A stretch of 63,141 bases of DNA, the filler included, from Rhabdomonas costata (lineage: Eukaryota): the NCBI GenBank assembly GCA_019059605.1. It is 33 parts of 33 records of this genome, joined end to end, with 100 filler letters (N's around TTAATTAATTAA, not from the genome) between each part and the next. Parts side by side here need not be neighbours in the genome. Positions count along the whole stretch, not along the records: positions 36,424 to 38,240 come from JAHMHO010008635.1; positions 38,341 to 40,157 come from JAHMHO010008636.1; positions 40,258 to 42,074 come from JAHMHO010008637.1; positions 42,175 to 43,991 come from JAHMHO010008638.1; positions 44,092 to 45,902 come from JAHMHO010008639.1; positions 46,003 to 47,819 come from JAHMHO010008640.1; positions 47,920 to 49,736 come from JAHMHO010008641.1; 26 more parts are not named here. One strand, 5' to 3'. The first letter of the stretch is position 1. Each line of letters opens with the position of its first letter. Positions 36,424 to 47,932 of the stretch are shown here, piece after piece. A model generated the notes under the pieces. It saw only the letters and a program-made list of their open reading frames with translations, did not search any database and had not been told where the DNA came from. A program made the position numbers and the translations under genes.

Positions 36424-38240
36424 TTGTTGGCAGTCCGTTGGGGTACTACTGCCCTACGGGCACGCGGTATGGTGCGGAGTTTGCCTGCCCCGCGGGCACC
36501 ATTGGGGCCTCCCCTGGGCTCTCCTCCGTGGGGGACTGCACCGCGTGCCCCGCGGGGATGTACTGCGACCGCGCGGGGCTCTCCACACCCTCCGGAAATT
36601 GCTCTGCTGGGCATGCCAAGCACCGACACACAGAAATCACACCCGGAGTCGATCGCTCGCTTGATTTCGTGACCACGTTTGCAGAGCGGTTTTCGCTTTA
36701 GCAAGAGCGCCCTTTTTGCTTCGAAGTAGGGCTCGAGCCTGCTAGACAGAGAGGCATGGCTGGCAGAAGTGAAGACGGAGGCAGGGTTGTTCTGGGTTTT
36801 GGAATTCTGGACGGATCTCATTGCCAGACGGATTTCATTGGCGAAGGGGACTGAAGCAGGACTTCCATTCAGAACCATGTGTTTTTTCGGGGGCGGGCTG
36901 GTTACTCATGTTGGTTTGGTCGGTGGTGCAGGTACTACTGCGCCAGCAGCTGCACCACGCCCTCTCCAGTCGGTGCTGGAGCTGCGATTGGGGACATTTG
37001 CTCCCCTGGGCATTATTGTCCCAGCGGGACTCCGGAGCCTGTGCCATGTACGCTGCTTTTTCAACTGTTATTGCAGATGCCTTCCCGCCTTTTTATGACC
37101 TCCGTTGCTGAGTAGTGCCAACGAGATTGTGGGGGGGGGGCATCGCGTACCAGAACTCCTTAGAACCCATCGATTCTATTGTTATTTTTGAATAATTGTC
37201 GGGCGCAGTTGTCATGGAATGTTCAGGATCGAGGTCATCCAACAGCCCAACAGCACACCTGTAAAGCCCTGTTTTCCTTTCTTTGAGTGGGCTGGGGTCA
37301 TCTGTGATCTTGGGTTGCACCACACAAATAGGCCCCTTGGGGTCGATCAACCCCAACAATGGGAGCCAGAGTGTGCTGGACTGCCTCCCCTGTCCGGCGG
37401 GGGCCTTCTGCGGCTCTCTGGGCGCCACCAAGGCCTCTGGGGTTTGTGGGCCAGGTTTGTTCGGTTTGTGCCCCTGTCTGTGTAGCAGCTAATTTTGTCT
37501 GCCCAGCACTGTAATTCAAGACATCCACGAAACGTGTCTCATTATGTTTGCTGTGTCTTGTTTGCCATTCGCTCGTGATTTGGTCTCCTGCCTTGCTTGC
37601 TTTTGCTTTTTTCCTCTGTAATTTATTGTTCCGTTTTTGCCATATGGCTTAATGTTCTCGCTCTCTGCTGTTCAGAAACAGACAAGCAAGATGCTGTGCA
37701 GTTTTTTCAAAAGACAAAAAAAAACGTGGCTTCGGCTTCTGCTGAATGGTTAAGTCAGTATTGACACCAGATTTTCCACTGCTAGTGTGCATTTTATGAT
37801 TCGGCCACGGCGAGGGAGTTGTATCGCTTCGGCTTTTCCTTTGAGCCTTTTGGACAGCGGTACCACTGCAGTTCTGAGCACAGTGCTGTTCGAGCAACTT
37901 GGAACGGAGAGAAGTGCCGAACCGTCATCTGTCAATTGCTGGCAGGTCGGAAGGTACCGAAATGGAGAATTTGAAAAACTGCTCATGGGTAATGGTGTCC
38001 AATTCTTCCCGCTCCGGGTTCCTAGGTTGAGGTCATGTGTGCATACACGTAAAAGGTTTGCAGTATGTTCGGAGCTGCACCAGGGAAAGTCGCAGGACTC
38101 TATCGTTCTCCTGAGTTGCCACACACTCAAACAAAGATAGAGAGAATACTGCGTTTGTTCAGTGTCTCGGAGCCGCCACTCTCGATTTCCCTTTTCCCAG
38201 GTTGGTACTGCCCCGGGGGCCAATCCTCCCCCCCCCCCAC
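36424..38240 (+). CDS. GCC2_GCC3 (ephrin-receptor-like) Cys-rich repeat protein, four internal exons (partial)
   Basis: Repeats GYYCPTGT...CPAGT...CTACPAGMYC...CSAG/YYC...CSPGHYCPSGT...C/PLG...CLPCPAGAFC...CGPG/WYCPGG; introns 36611-36931 (GC-AG) and two GT-AG. Confidence 0.9.
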
Positions 38241-38490
38241 NNNNNNNNNNNNNNNNNNNNNNNNNNNNNNNNNNNNNNNNNNNNTTAATTAATTAANNNN
38301 NNNNNNNNNNNNNNNNNNNNNNNNNNNNNNNNNNNNNNNNTGTGGTTGGGTACCCTGACGAAGCTTTGCCGTTATTCTTTTTTCATGGAGGAATGAAAGC
38401 CAATTGACAAAAAGGAATTGTGCCTCTCACTTTTTCTTTCATCGTCTTTCTTTCCTTCGTCCTTCCTTTCTTCATTTATTTTTCGATCAG

Positions 38491-39879
38491 CGGAAGGTGC
38501 CCTGCCTCAGGTTTCAGCGCAGGCAGGGGTTTCCGCTGTCTCCTCCTCTGCCGTATGCGAAGCCATTGCCAATTGGTTGGACGCCTTGCTTGCTGATGAT
38601 TCTCTTCCTCGTGGCTCTGGAGCCGCGGCTCCAGAGAAAGATTCCCCACCTCCTCCGAGACGGCCGCTCCCTTCCCGAGATCAGGCGTGCCTCCTCCCCC
38701 ATTCCCTTCCCAACAAATTTGCTGCTTGCTGACTCTTCGGACTTTTTTTTCTGGTTGGAAATTTTTTCTGGTCGAGGAAGCAATCTCGTTTTTTTTTCGA
38801 CGCTGGCGCCTTCCACACTCCGCCAAAACCCAGGCTCCCTGACCTTGAACAGGTCTGGAGATGAGGTTTTTCAGATGTCATGAATACTTGCAAGTTGGGA
38901 AACTTCGACGTGGGGCCGCAGGAAAGATTAAAGGTTGTGGAAAATTGCAGCGAACACAAGGAAGGAAACTGGTGAAGTTGTAAAGCCTTGTATTAACTCG
39001 GGGAAACGCTCACTCGCTTTAGCTTTTTCTTCTTCTTCTTCTTCTTGTGCCAATGAGGACCCCATACACATCCCAAACCACATCCTGATGTCCATGTATT
39101 TGAAATCTTTTAGGAGAACATTTCTCCGAGAAACGCGGAGATAAATATTAATCCCCTTTCTGATGCTTGAAAAGTCTTTTCTTTCTCAATACGGGTGCGG
39201 GTGAGTGAAGTCCTAGCTCGTCCCTCGCCCTGCTGATCCCACTCAGAGTTAGTTGCATTATTTTCCCCCCTGGTTCCCTTCCCAGGTCTCTCAAGTCGCC
39301 CCACAATGCTTGCCATTGCTGGACTCTTGCGCCTGCCTGTCCGCCCGTGTGGACGGGCTCCACGGCAGAGCTTTTGCAGTGGCCCAGCAGCACCAGCAGC
39401 TCTGCGAGGGCATCCTTTCCCTCAGTGCCGGATTAGTGCCTCAAAAGGGCTGCAGTGGCCCAGCTGAGGCGGGACTTTCCCCCCAGCACCACCATGCCCT
39501 AGCGGTGCTGGGACAGCTCTCACAGGCCATTGCTGGGCTGCAGCAAGAGGCTGCGGAGCTGCGCCAGATCTCCGTGCCCTCCGCACGGAAGGAGTCCCGC
39601 AGTGCGGCGGAGGAGCTGGTCTTCCGGAAGCTCCCGGAGCTGATGGCGAAGCTGAAGGAGGAAACCTTGCCAGTGACAGGAAAGGGAAGTCCCGCGGGAT
39701 CGGTCGCTGCGGTGGGGTCGGGGGTTGCTCGAGTTGGGCCCACGAGGAAGCCCCAGACAGCCCCTGGCCCCCGTGGGGTCCGGTCCGAGGCTGGGAGAAG
39801 GAATTCCACCGACAGGAACAGCTCTTCATGTTTTTTAGAAATATTTTCCAAAACTTTTACATGGCTTCGCGGCTTCTAG
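38491..39879 (+). CDS. Uncharacterised protein with coiled-coil segment, exons ~38491-38684 and 39286-~39879 (partial)
   Basis: GC-rich open blocks after polypyrimidine-AG acceptors; LGQLSQAIAGLQQEAAELRQ and FRKLPELMAKLKEE; 3' border uncertain. Confidence 0.5.
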
Positions 39880-42466
39880 CTGCGGCGGCTTGTGCAGCTT
39901 TTGAGTTCTTCAAGTATCCTCCCCTCCGTATTGGGCTTGTATGCTGTTCTGACGCCAGTTGCACCTGCAAGCATGCGCATGGGGAAACCTTTCTTGGATC
40001 GTGTAAGAGTGGTTGTTGTTTTAAATCATATTTCAACGGAGTTGTTTCCGGGACGATGATGAAGTGCCCGCTTCTGAAACGTTCTCTTTTTCTTCTCCTT
40101 CACTACGAAGTGGCAGGGGACACTGCACCAACAAACCCAAACACACCACACAACACANNNNNNNNNNNNNNNNNNNNNNNNNNNNNNNNNNNNNNNNNNN
40201 NTTAATTAATTAANNNNNNNNNNNNNNNNNNNNNNNNNNNNNNNNNNNNNNNNNNNNGGGTTTTTGTCGGAAAGTTTGCATCGTAGTAGTGCCTCAAAAG
40301 CACCAAAAGGACGTTTTACCGCACCTTATCAGCTAATATGAGCAAGCTTCTGCCATATTCAATAACACAAGCTGATACACATGACGCACTACTACGATGC
40401 AAACTTTCCGACTTAAAACCTCCAGTAAAAACATGTGTAGATATGCTGTTACAATAAAGGAAGCTCAGAAAACGAACAGTCACAGCAAATGTACATCCAG
40501 CAAGCACTCCAACAGATCCGCAAAATGGTTATTGTCTTTGTTATCAACAACATCATAAAGTGTCAGCAAGAGGAAAACGATAGACACAAATAATAAAGGA
40601 ACACTACCCAATGAGTGCAAAATATAGATACTAATAATATTATTGAATAACACTATTATATATAAAGCTCAAATAAGACGCGAACATTCTTACGTTCTCG
40701 CAGGTCCATGCTTCAATTTGGATGGACCCGTGGCGCCAATAAAACGTTACTGCTGAAAGTGTTAAACTGTCACTTTTCGGGTGGGGCAGTTCTCGCCTTT
40801 TACGGCCGCCGAACTATGGCGGCAGAACTAAAGTGGGGTTGATCCAGTCTAATCAACTGGATACAAATTGCGGCGCTCCCAGATCATATTCTGCACATCT
40901 GACGTTTTTAGGCAATTTCAAAAAGCGCCATTTTAGTCCACAGTGAAATGGCGTAGCTTAATACACACAAGGCGGACCGGCACAATATACTGACCGATGT
41001 GCTGGAGGCCGCGTTTTGCAAGGCTCGCCATCGTTGCGCTTTCAGCAGGCGCATCGCTGCAAGCCAATATTTAGTGGAGTACAAAGTGATAAAGCTTGCT
41101 CATTAGCAGCTCTCATTCTCGTGCTAGAAAATGTGTGCAGAAGATTCAGCAGGTGGATTTGCAACAAGCGCAATGTCTCAACTCAAAATGGCCTTTAAAA
41201 ATCACCACCTATTGCGTTCCTAACATCACTAAAAGAGTCTAAGTGTAGATGAAAATGTAAACAACACGTTGGTGTTTGTAGTGGTGAACGTTTTCAAAGC
41301 CGTTAAAACAACAGAGGTTAGAGAGTGGTTGGTATAAAAAACGTCGTGGTGACTGGTTGGCATGCTAAAGATCAACGTTCAGTGGGATAACTTATGTTGT
41401 TAATTTGAGACGAAGATCAAGAGTTGTTGGAACATTAGAGAATTTGATAATTCAAGTTGAGGAAGTCACATAAATTATACTGAATAACGTTGAGGCAAAT
41501 GGACAAGATCAAGAACATGTGACCGAGACACTTCGGTAAAACTCACAGCGCGAGTATATTACACCTGACCGGCAGAAAAGCTAACAAGTTGTGGTAATGT
41601 TATTGAGTACCAAACCGTAGATTTAATGGCAAGACCACCTGGCAAGGCAGTGATAGAAATGATGATGAAGTAAAGCGAAACGTACAAAATAAAGAACGCA
41701 CGGCAGCTTAAAGGCACACCAAAACGGTACACTGAAAAAAGGCAGCTAAAAGGCACAGGATAATTGAGAAGGCAGCCAACAAGCATATAGTAGAATAGAT
41801 AATCAGTGCTGTGGAGCCTGACAGAAGTATCACCTGTCGCGTTGAAGTACGTGGTATCTTTCATATAGATGAAAACGTCTACAGCACCATGCGTTACCAT
41901 CAGGTAGTGGCAAAAAAGCCAGAAACAGTTTCAGCTTATTGCAGTCAATCAGAGGCTCAAGTGAAAGTGAATGACAGTTATCTAGGAGATAAACACAGAT
42001 CCGTTGCGACAGAGGTCACGTGGTAGCAATATATAGCTGTGTATGGAGACAAGCTCACGTTGTCCACCAACACANNNNNNNNNNNNNNNNNNNNNNNNNN
42101 NNNNNNNNNNNNNNNNNNTTAATTAATTAANNNNNNNNNNNNNNNNNNNNNNNNNNNNNNNNNNNNNNNNNNNNGGTGAAATCGAATGGTTTTTTTGGTA
42201 AACAGTTCCTTTGTCATCTTTATCCGATACAAACATTACTCCTTCTAATTGACCCTTCTAATTCTCACGTTTTACATACAGTTTAAAATGAAGCAACCAA
42301 ACAATTTGACTAAGTTGAACAGTTCGTCCATCAGTTCCTCTTCACGACCACACCGTCTCAACGGTCGCACTCCCAAAGCACAAACAGACACATGGACGGG
42401 GACTGGAGGGAAGAAGGAAAGGTTACGTGCACGGACAAAAAAAGCTCAGTAAAACACGTTTGTCGC

Positions 42467-43855
42467 TCACTGATTATACCGCACCGTGAGATTGGGGAAG
42501 AAAGTGGAAGCTGCAAGGGCTTGCATTCCCTCAGCCCCGATGTGGTTGAAGCTCATGTCCAAGGAGATAAGGTTGGGGAAGAAAAAAGAATCGGCAAGGG
42601 CCTGGATTCCTGCATCCCCGATCTGATTGGCGCTCACATTCAAGAACGTCAGCTTGGGGAATGAAGAGGACGTCGCCAGTATTTGCATTCCCGCAGAGAA
42701 GATTTGATTGTAGCCGACGTCCAAGGAGGTAAGGTTGGAGGAAAAAGAGGAGGCTGCAAGGGCTTGCATTCCTTCAGCCCCGATCTGACATCCGTTCAAA
42801 TGCAAGGAGGTAAGCTTGGGGAAGAACGAGGACGCTGCCAGCGCTTGAAATCCGGCATTTCCGAACTCATCGCAGCTCAAATCTAAGGAGGTAAGCTCGG
42901 GGAAGAAAGCCGAAGATGCAAGTGCTTGTATTCCCGCAACGCCAAAATCAAGGCAGCTAACATTCAAAGAGGTAAGCTTGGGGAAGAAAGAGGAAGCAGC
43001 AAGTGCTTGAACTCCCGCATCCCCGATCTGATTGGCGCGCACATTCAAGGAGGTAATGTTCGGGAAGAAAGAGGAAGCTCCAAGTGCTTGCATTCCCTCA
43101 ACCCCGATCTTATTATTGCACACATCCAAGGAGGTAAGCTTGGGGAAGAAAGAGGAAGCGGCAAGTGCTTGCATTCCAGCATCGCCGAAGTAATCAAACC
43201 TCACAATCAAGGAGCTAAGCTTGGGGAAAAAGGAGGATGCTGCAAGTGCTTGCATTCCCGCATCGCCGATATCATTGTCACTTGCATTCAAGGAGGCAAG
43301 GTTGGGGAAAAACCGGGAGGTTGCAAGTGCTTGCATTCCCTCAGCCCCTATCTGATTGTCGGTCACATCCAAGAAGGTAAGTTTGGAGAAGAAAGACGAG
43401 GCTGCAAGTGCTTGCATTCCCGCATCCCCGATATCATTGAAGCTCGCGTCCAAGAAGGTCAGCTTGGGAAAGAAAGAGTAGGCTGTAAGTGCCTGCACTC
43501 CCGCATCGGGGATGCTGTTCCGGATATTCAAGGATGTGAGGTTGGGAAACAAGCACGGAGCCAAGTGCGCAGCCATTTTCGCCCTCATCCCAAGCAAGTG
43601 CTCCAAGAGCTTATTGCTTTTCACCGAGATTACCGCCGCGGAGCAAGCCAAACGCAAGCCCTGAACCGCACTTTGCCCATCCGAGAGATCTTTAAGGGTC
43701 TTGGGGAGAGGGAGCACAACCTTCCACTCTGGGACGAGGTGCTTATCAACCAGCAATTGGAACTGCTTGCAAACCAGTCGCAGGTTGAGCTGGGGCTTTA
43801 GCCCCAGAAAACGAAAGCTGCGAATCAAAGTGTCCTCAGAAAGGGAAGACGTCAT
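42467..43855 (-). CDS. Intronless F-box + leucine-rich-repeat protein (462 aa, 13 repeats of 26-27 aa)
   Basis: F-box-like LSEDTLIRSFRFLGLKPQLNLRLVCKQFQLLV, then repeats of consensus FPKLTSLDVSxNxIGDAGMQALAASSF; polypyrimidine-AG acceptor upstream of the ATG. Confidence 0.93.
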   Translation of the reverse strand: MTSSLSEDTLIRSFRFLGLKPQLNLRLVCKQFQLLVDKHLVPEWKVVLPLPKTLKDLSDGQSAVQGLRLACSAAVISVKSNKLLEHLLGMRAKMAAHLAPCLFPNLTSLNIRNSIPDAGVQALTAYSFFPKLTFLDASFNDIGDAGMQALAASSFFSKLTFLDVTDNQIGAEGMQALATSRFFPNLASLNASDNDIGDAGMQALAASSFFPKLSSLIVRFDYFGDAGMQALAASSFFPKLTSLDVCNNKIGVEGMQALGASSFFPNITSLNVRANQIGDAGVQALAASSFFPKLTSLNVSCLDFGVAGIQALASSAFFPELTSLDLSCDEFGNAGFQALAASSFFPKLTSLHLNGCQIGAEGMQALAASSFSSNLTSLDVGYNQIFSAGMQILATSSSFPKLTFLNVSANQIGDAGIQALADSFFFPNLISLDMSFNHIGAEGMQALAASTFFPNLTVRYNQ

Positions 43856-45470
43856 CTCTGAGGAATAACCTTCATCTGTAAAGTTGAAAAGCTGCAATGA
43901 GAACAAGAAAAATATTCACCCTCAGGTCCCCAAGCCACCTCAGAGTGGATACCGAGATTCCTAAACCCCGGTCGAAAAAGACAAAACACCCNNNNNNNNN
44001 NNNNNNNNNNNNNNNNNNNNNNNNNNNNNNNNNNNTTAATTAATTAANNNNNNNNNNNNNNNNNNNNNNNNNNNNNNNNNNNNNNNNNNNNGTTGGGTGG
44101 TGGTTTAAGCTTTCCCCCGACAGTACGTTTGACAACTGGAGATGTATACGCTGGTAAAGCAAAACAACCGTCAAAGTGGCACCTCGACAAAATTGAAACA
44201 CCTGACACTTGACAGCAGAAACGACTGGAACAGAATGAGTAAATAACACTCAGCATCCCTCGTTCCCCCGTGCGTAGGCACACCTTTCGCGAGATCAGCG
44301 TTTACCTTGGCCACGCCCTGTGCCGAAAGCGAATGTGGTCTATGGTCTCTGTGAGAGTTTCCCTCAAGGACGTCATTCTAAGTTTAAAGAAAATCTGCAC
44401 AAGAAGAAGACGGGGGAAAGCTTAAACCAACAAAGCTTAAACCAATATCCATCCTTTTCCACCAATACTAAGGAGCGGCACGGGTGTCCAGTGTGGGACG
44501 GGGAAGACGGTCAACGGCCCCATAGGGGAAACTCTGCCCGAGAATTTTGACTCCTTGCTATTCAGAAAACTCACTCTCAAAATGTGCCTTGTGGCACAAC
44601 GCAGGGAACAACGTTCCAACACCCGAGTTTACACTTCTCTTCCAAGGTCAATGAAGAGCGTCCACAATCGGCAACCAACACCTCTGAAAGTACAGTAGCT
44701 CGCCGGAGGCAGCACAAACCACAATGACCAAGGCAGGTTGCAACAGAATTTGACAAAACCAGCGAAAAAAAGGGGGGGGTCTGAAAAACGGAAGGGAAGA
44801 ACTGTGAAGACAGCGAAAGAGAGACGGTTGCCGATTGCATAAAAAGTGGGGGAGGGAGCGGAGGCACAGTTTTCCTGAAGGAGTTATACTTCAGTCTCAG
44901 AGGCATCAGTGGCGACTTCCTCAGGCTCCTCGCAGCAAAGGACGGTGGGGGGTGCCATTACCACCCCACTGGCCATTTTGCCTGCCGTTGAGTGCAGTAG
45001 CGTTCACTTCCACACTCCCTGTGTGGTTGAGATTGGGATGGAGTGAGGAAAAGCGGGCGAAAAAACCTGGGAATGAAGTGAAAATGAGCTCAAGTTTGGC
45101 TAGACGCAAGTTCCGCAGGCATCGACAATGTCCGCCGATGGACATGCTTACGAGAGAACTTAATTGTGCGCAAATGCACACATCACGCAGGACATTCGTA
45201 AAGAAATATATAACCAATTGCTCAAATTTTCATCGGCGCAATGAAGAACTTCAAGCCACCCTCACTTAAGGAACGGCAAGGAGAAGTGACGGGCCTCCCC
45301 CTCACCACCGCATCCATACCGGCAAGGTGAGACAAAACGATATGGTCCTTTGCTTCTTGAGAGTTTTTCTTCTAGCTTTGGACATAGTTGAAGTTCATAT
45401 CACATCATAACTGGTGTGCCTTTTTCATAGGTTAGTGGAAGTTCACACAAACACACACACACACACAGTT

Positions 45471-45727
45471 GAGTGAGTTGGGTGTGAAGGGAGAACACTG
45501 GTACGGATACTGTCAGGGACCGAGGTCGGCTCGAATCCATCACGGTCTAACACGCTGGTCTTGATTAGGCGTTAGGATGAAGGCAACTCTGGCCCCACCC
45601 CAACCAGGACTTCCCCTGTGAAACATGGGGGCCAGCAGGTGCCTGGTTGGGGACATAAGTTGCCTGGAGATGACGCAGTCTCGCGCAGGTGCGAGACTTA
45701 AGACTTAAGATTTTGACTGAGAAAGGT
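45471..45727 (+). mobile_element. Structured SINE-like element (B-box-like motif, nested helices, 3' stem-loop and TAAGACT tail)
   Basis: GGCTCGAATCC at 45528-45538; helices 45581-45588/45658-45665 and 45598-45608/45642-45652; stem-loop 45677-45698; 3' part repeated at 28762-28830. 5' border approximate. Confidence 0.55.
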
Positions 45728-46695
45728 CTATCTCTCAAAAACGGGGCATTCTACTGTCGCCCCTTTCCATGGCTCCTTGGTAACTGCACTGCGTTTCGCT
45801 TCGTTTGCCATTGAACGCCATGCCCCTCGTTCAGCTTGTTTCCTCACCTACAAAAGGGGCCGGCACTCGGGCTGCTGTAGGGTGATCCCCCCAGGACCCC
45901 CANNNNNNNNNNNNNNNNNNNNNNNNNNNNNNNNNNNNNNNNNNNNTTAATTAATTAANNNNNNNNNNNNNNNNNNNNNNNNNNNNNNNNNNNNNNNNNN
46001 NNGGGTTGGTTGAAGGATTGGATGTGATGTGCTCAACCACACCCGCGGGATGAGACACACCCACAGAGAGTGCGTATGTAAGCAGTGAACTCTGAGCTGA
46101 GCATCCGATTGATATCATAAGTGTTACTGAAGCCTGTCCTTCCTTTTTAACGGGGGAACCTCTGCAAAGGCACCACCTATGGTGGTGGTGGTGCTTCATA
46201 AAAAATGTGGACGGTGTGACATTTATTCCTCTCACTCACGTTCTGCGGTGCTGTCCATTCCTCGCGACAAAAGAGGACACTTTCTTCTGTGAACCTTGCG
46301 ATTTTGGAGCTACCCACTCGCCATTTATCTGTTTTAGAAATTTGCGAGGTGGTGATGGCCATACCGGAGTATCGGTTTCGGGCAGACGGCTGGTGACTGG
46401 TTGGCGACTGGCTTTTCGACACCGGCGGAGTGGTTGGGTCATCATCAGCTCGGCACCATCTCCTTGGTCGCTCTTCGTCGGGTTGTTTATAACTGTGGGG
46501 GTTAATGTTGACTTTTCGTGGGACTCTTCCCATCTGAAATCGGAGGATGGGTCGGGTTCTAAGGGCTTTGAGATGGGACGTGCAAGGTGCGCGGTGGCGG
46601 GGTGATGGCTGAATGGGGGTTGAGGTTGAGGTGGGGGAACAGTAAAAGATATGAACAGAGACAAAACACAGAGCGTACACAGAGAGCGCACTCAC

Positions 46696-47607
46696 CTCGT
46701 GGAGACATGCAGAGTGCCGGTCCCCAGCAGCACCGTGCCCAAGTATAGCTCCACCCCCTCAAAGGACTGCATCAGGGTCTCATCCTCCCCCTGCAGAGCA
46801 GGGAGGCTTCTGCCGGGCTGAGCAGGGTCCGCCGCAGCCCTCTCTGTGGCACACCACGGAACATGCTTAAACCCGTGTTCCTCAGGGGCGACGCACGATA
46901 CCTTTCGCGAAGAGCGCGAGGTGTTGTTGTTGTAAACGTAGTGAACAGACCATGGAAATAAAGGGCAGTGCATACGTAGCCACCAAATGTCCCGCCAATG
47001 GGACATTAAAAAACACGGGAGTGGGCAAAGTGAAGAAACACGTCCATACTTGCCAGGCTAACTGCCATTTTCCTCGAAAACGCACGAGGACAGAGATGGG
47101 GGTGGGTCGCAGGGATTGGGGAGGCGGCGGTCGAGCAGGGAGGGCAAAGCAAACTGTTTTAACCTCTCACCTCTGCACCTCTCCTCTCCAAAGCGCTGAA
47201 AGGGCAGAAACCAAATCCGCAGAAAACGAGCGTCGGTCTGAGAAAACGAGCGAAGGAAAAACCAGGGAACAAAGACAGGCTCGTCACTGACAGCTTCCCT
47301 CAGGAAACCAGGAAACCACCCACAGCTCCTTAGTTTGGGCCTTAGATCAGCCCACCGTTCACATTACATCCGCTGCTGCGCAAAAATACTCATTCAGTTT
47401 CCCTGAGCTCAACACAGCATTGCGTTTTGATCTGAACCCCACCGCCCTTGGGGCGCCAGCGGGCTTTCGAGCTGTACCGTGCAGTTCGCAGACAAGTTTG
47501 GTGACCCAGCCCAGAGCGGCGCTCACCAAGGGCAACCAAGATTGAGATCTCGGAAATCGACTGAGCAGCGGCGGCAAGTAACTGATAATCCGTCCAAATA
47601 AAGGCAT
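46696..47607 (-). CDS. CLNS1A: pICln / methylosome subunit (PH-like fold), probable exons 47607-47527 and 46790-46696 (partial)
   Basis: GEDETLMQSFEGVELYLGTVLLGTGTLHVSTR resembles the pICln LGTGTLYI motif; phase-0 upstream exon MPLFGR...FPRSQSWLPL is tentative. Confidence 0.6.
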
Positions 47608-47932
47608 GGCGTCCCGTCAACCGCACATGCCTTTTTGCGCTGTTGGTGGGTGCGTAGTCGCCAATCCTGCAAGATGAATCAAGATGACATGAACCTCAAT
47701 CCCCGCCACACGGTGGCGGGCTCGAGGCCATCTGGACACCCCGAGATGATACTGTGTCTACCGCCTCTTTGCCGTTGGGTAGAGTTAAAGTGGGCCAGGA
47801 GAAGACGAACCGCGTCGTGNNNNNNNNNNNNNNNNNNNNNNNNNNNNNNNNNNNNNNNNNNNNTTAATTAATTAANNNNNNNNNNNNNNNNNNNNNNNNN
47901 NNNNNNNNNNNNNNNNNNNGTTGTTGGGTCAG

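Noticed and set aside
40267-40413. 27-bp perfect inverted repeat (similar case at ~44100 / ~44410)
   Set aside because: Begins at the contig start directly after G/T primer bases; amplification artefact.
41559-41900. Hydrophobic minus-strand ORF suggesting mitochondrial DNA
   Set aside because: No respiratory-chain motif even with TGA read as Trp; hydrophobicity follows from the T-rich strand.
42926-43801. 291-aa + strand ORF with CKCLH repeats
   Set aside because: Antisense shadow of the LRR repeats and interrupted by stops in neighbouring units.
45603-45640. CCAGG...GAAA...AGCAGG, resembling SRP RNA helix 8
   Set aside because: Spacing is too long and no Alu domain or helix 5/6 is recognisable.
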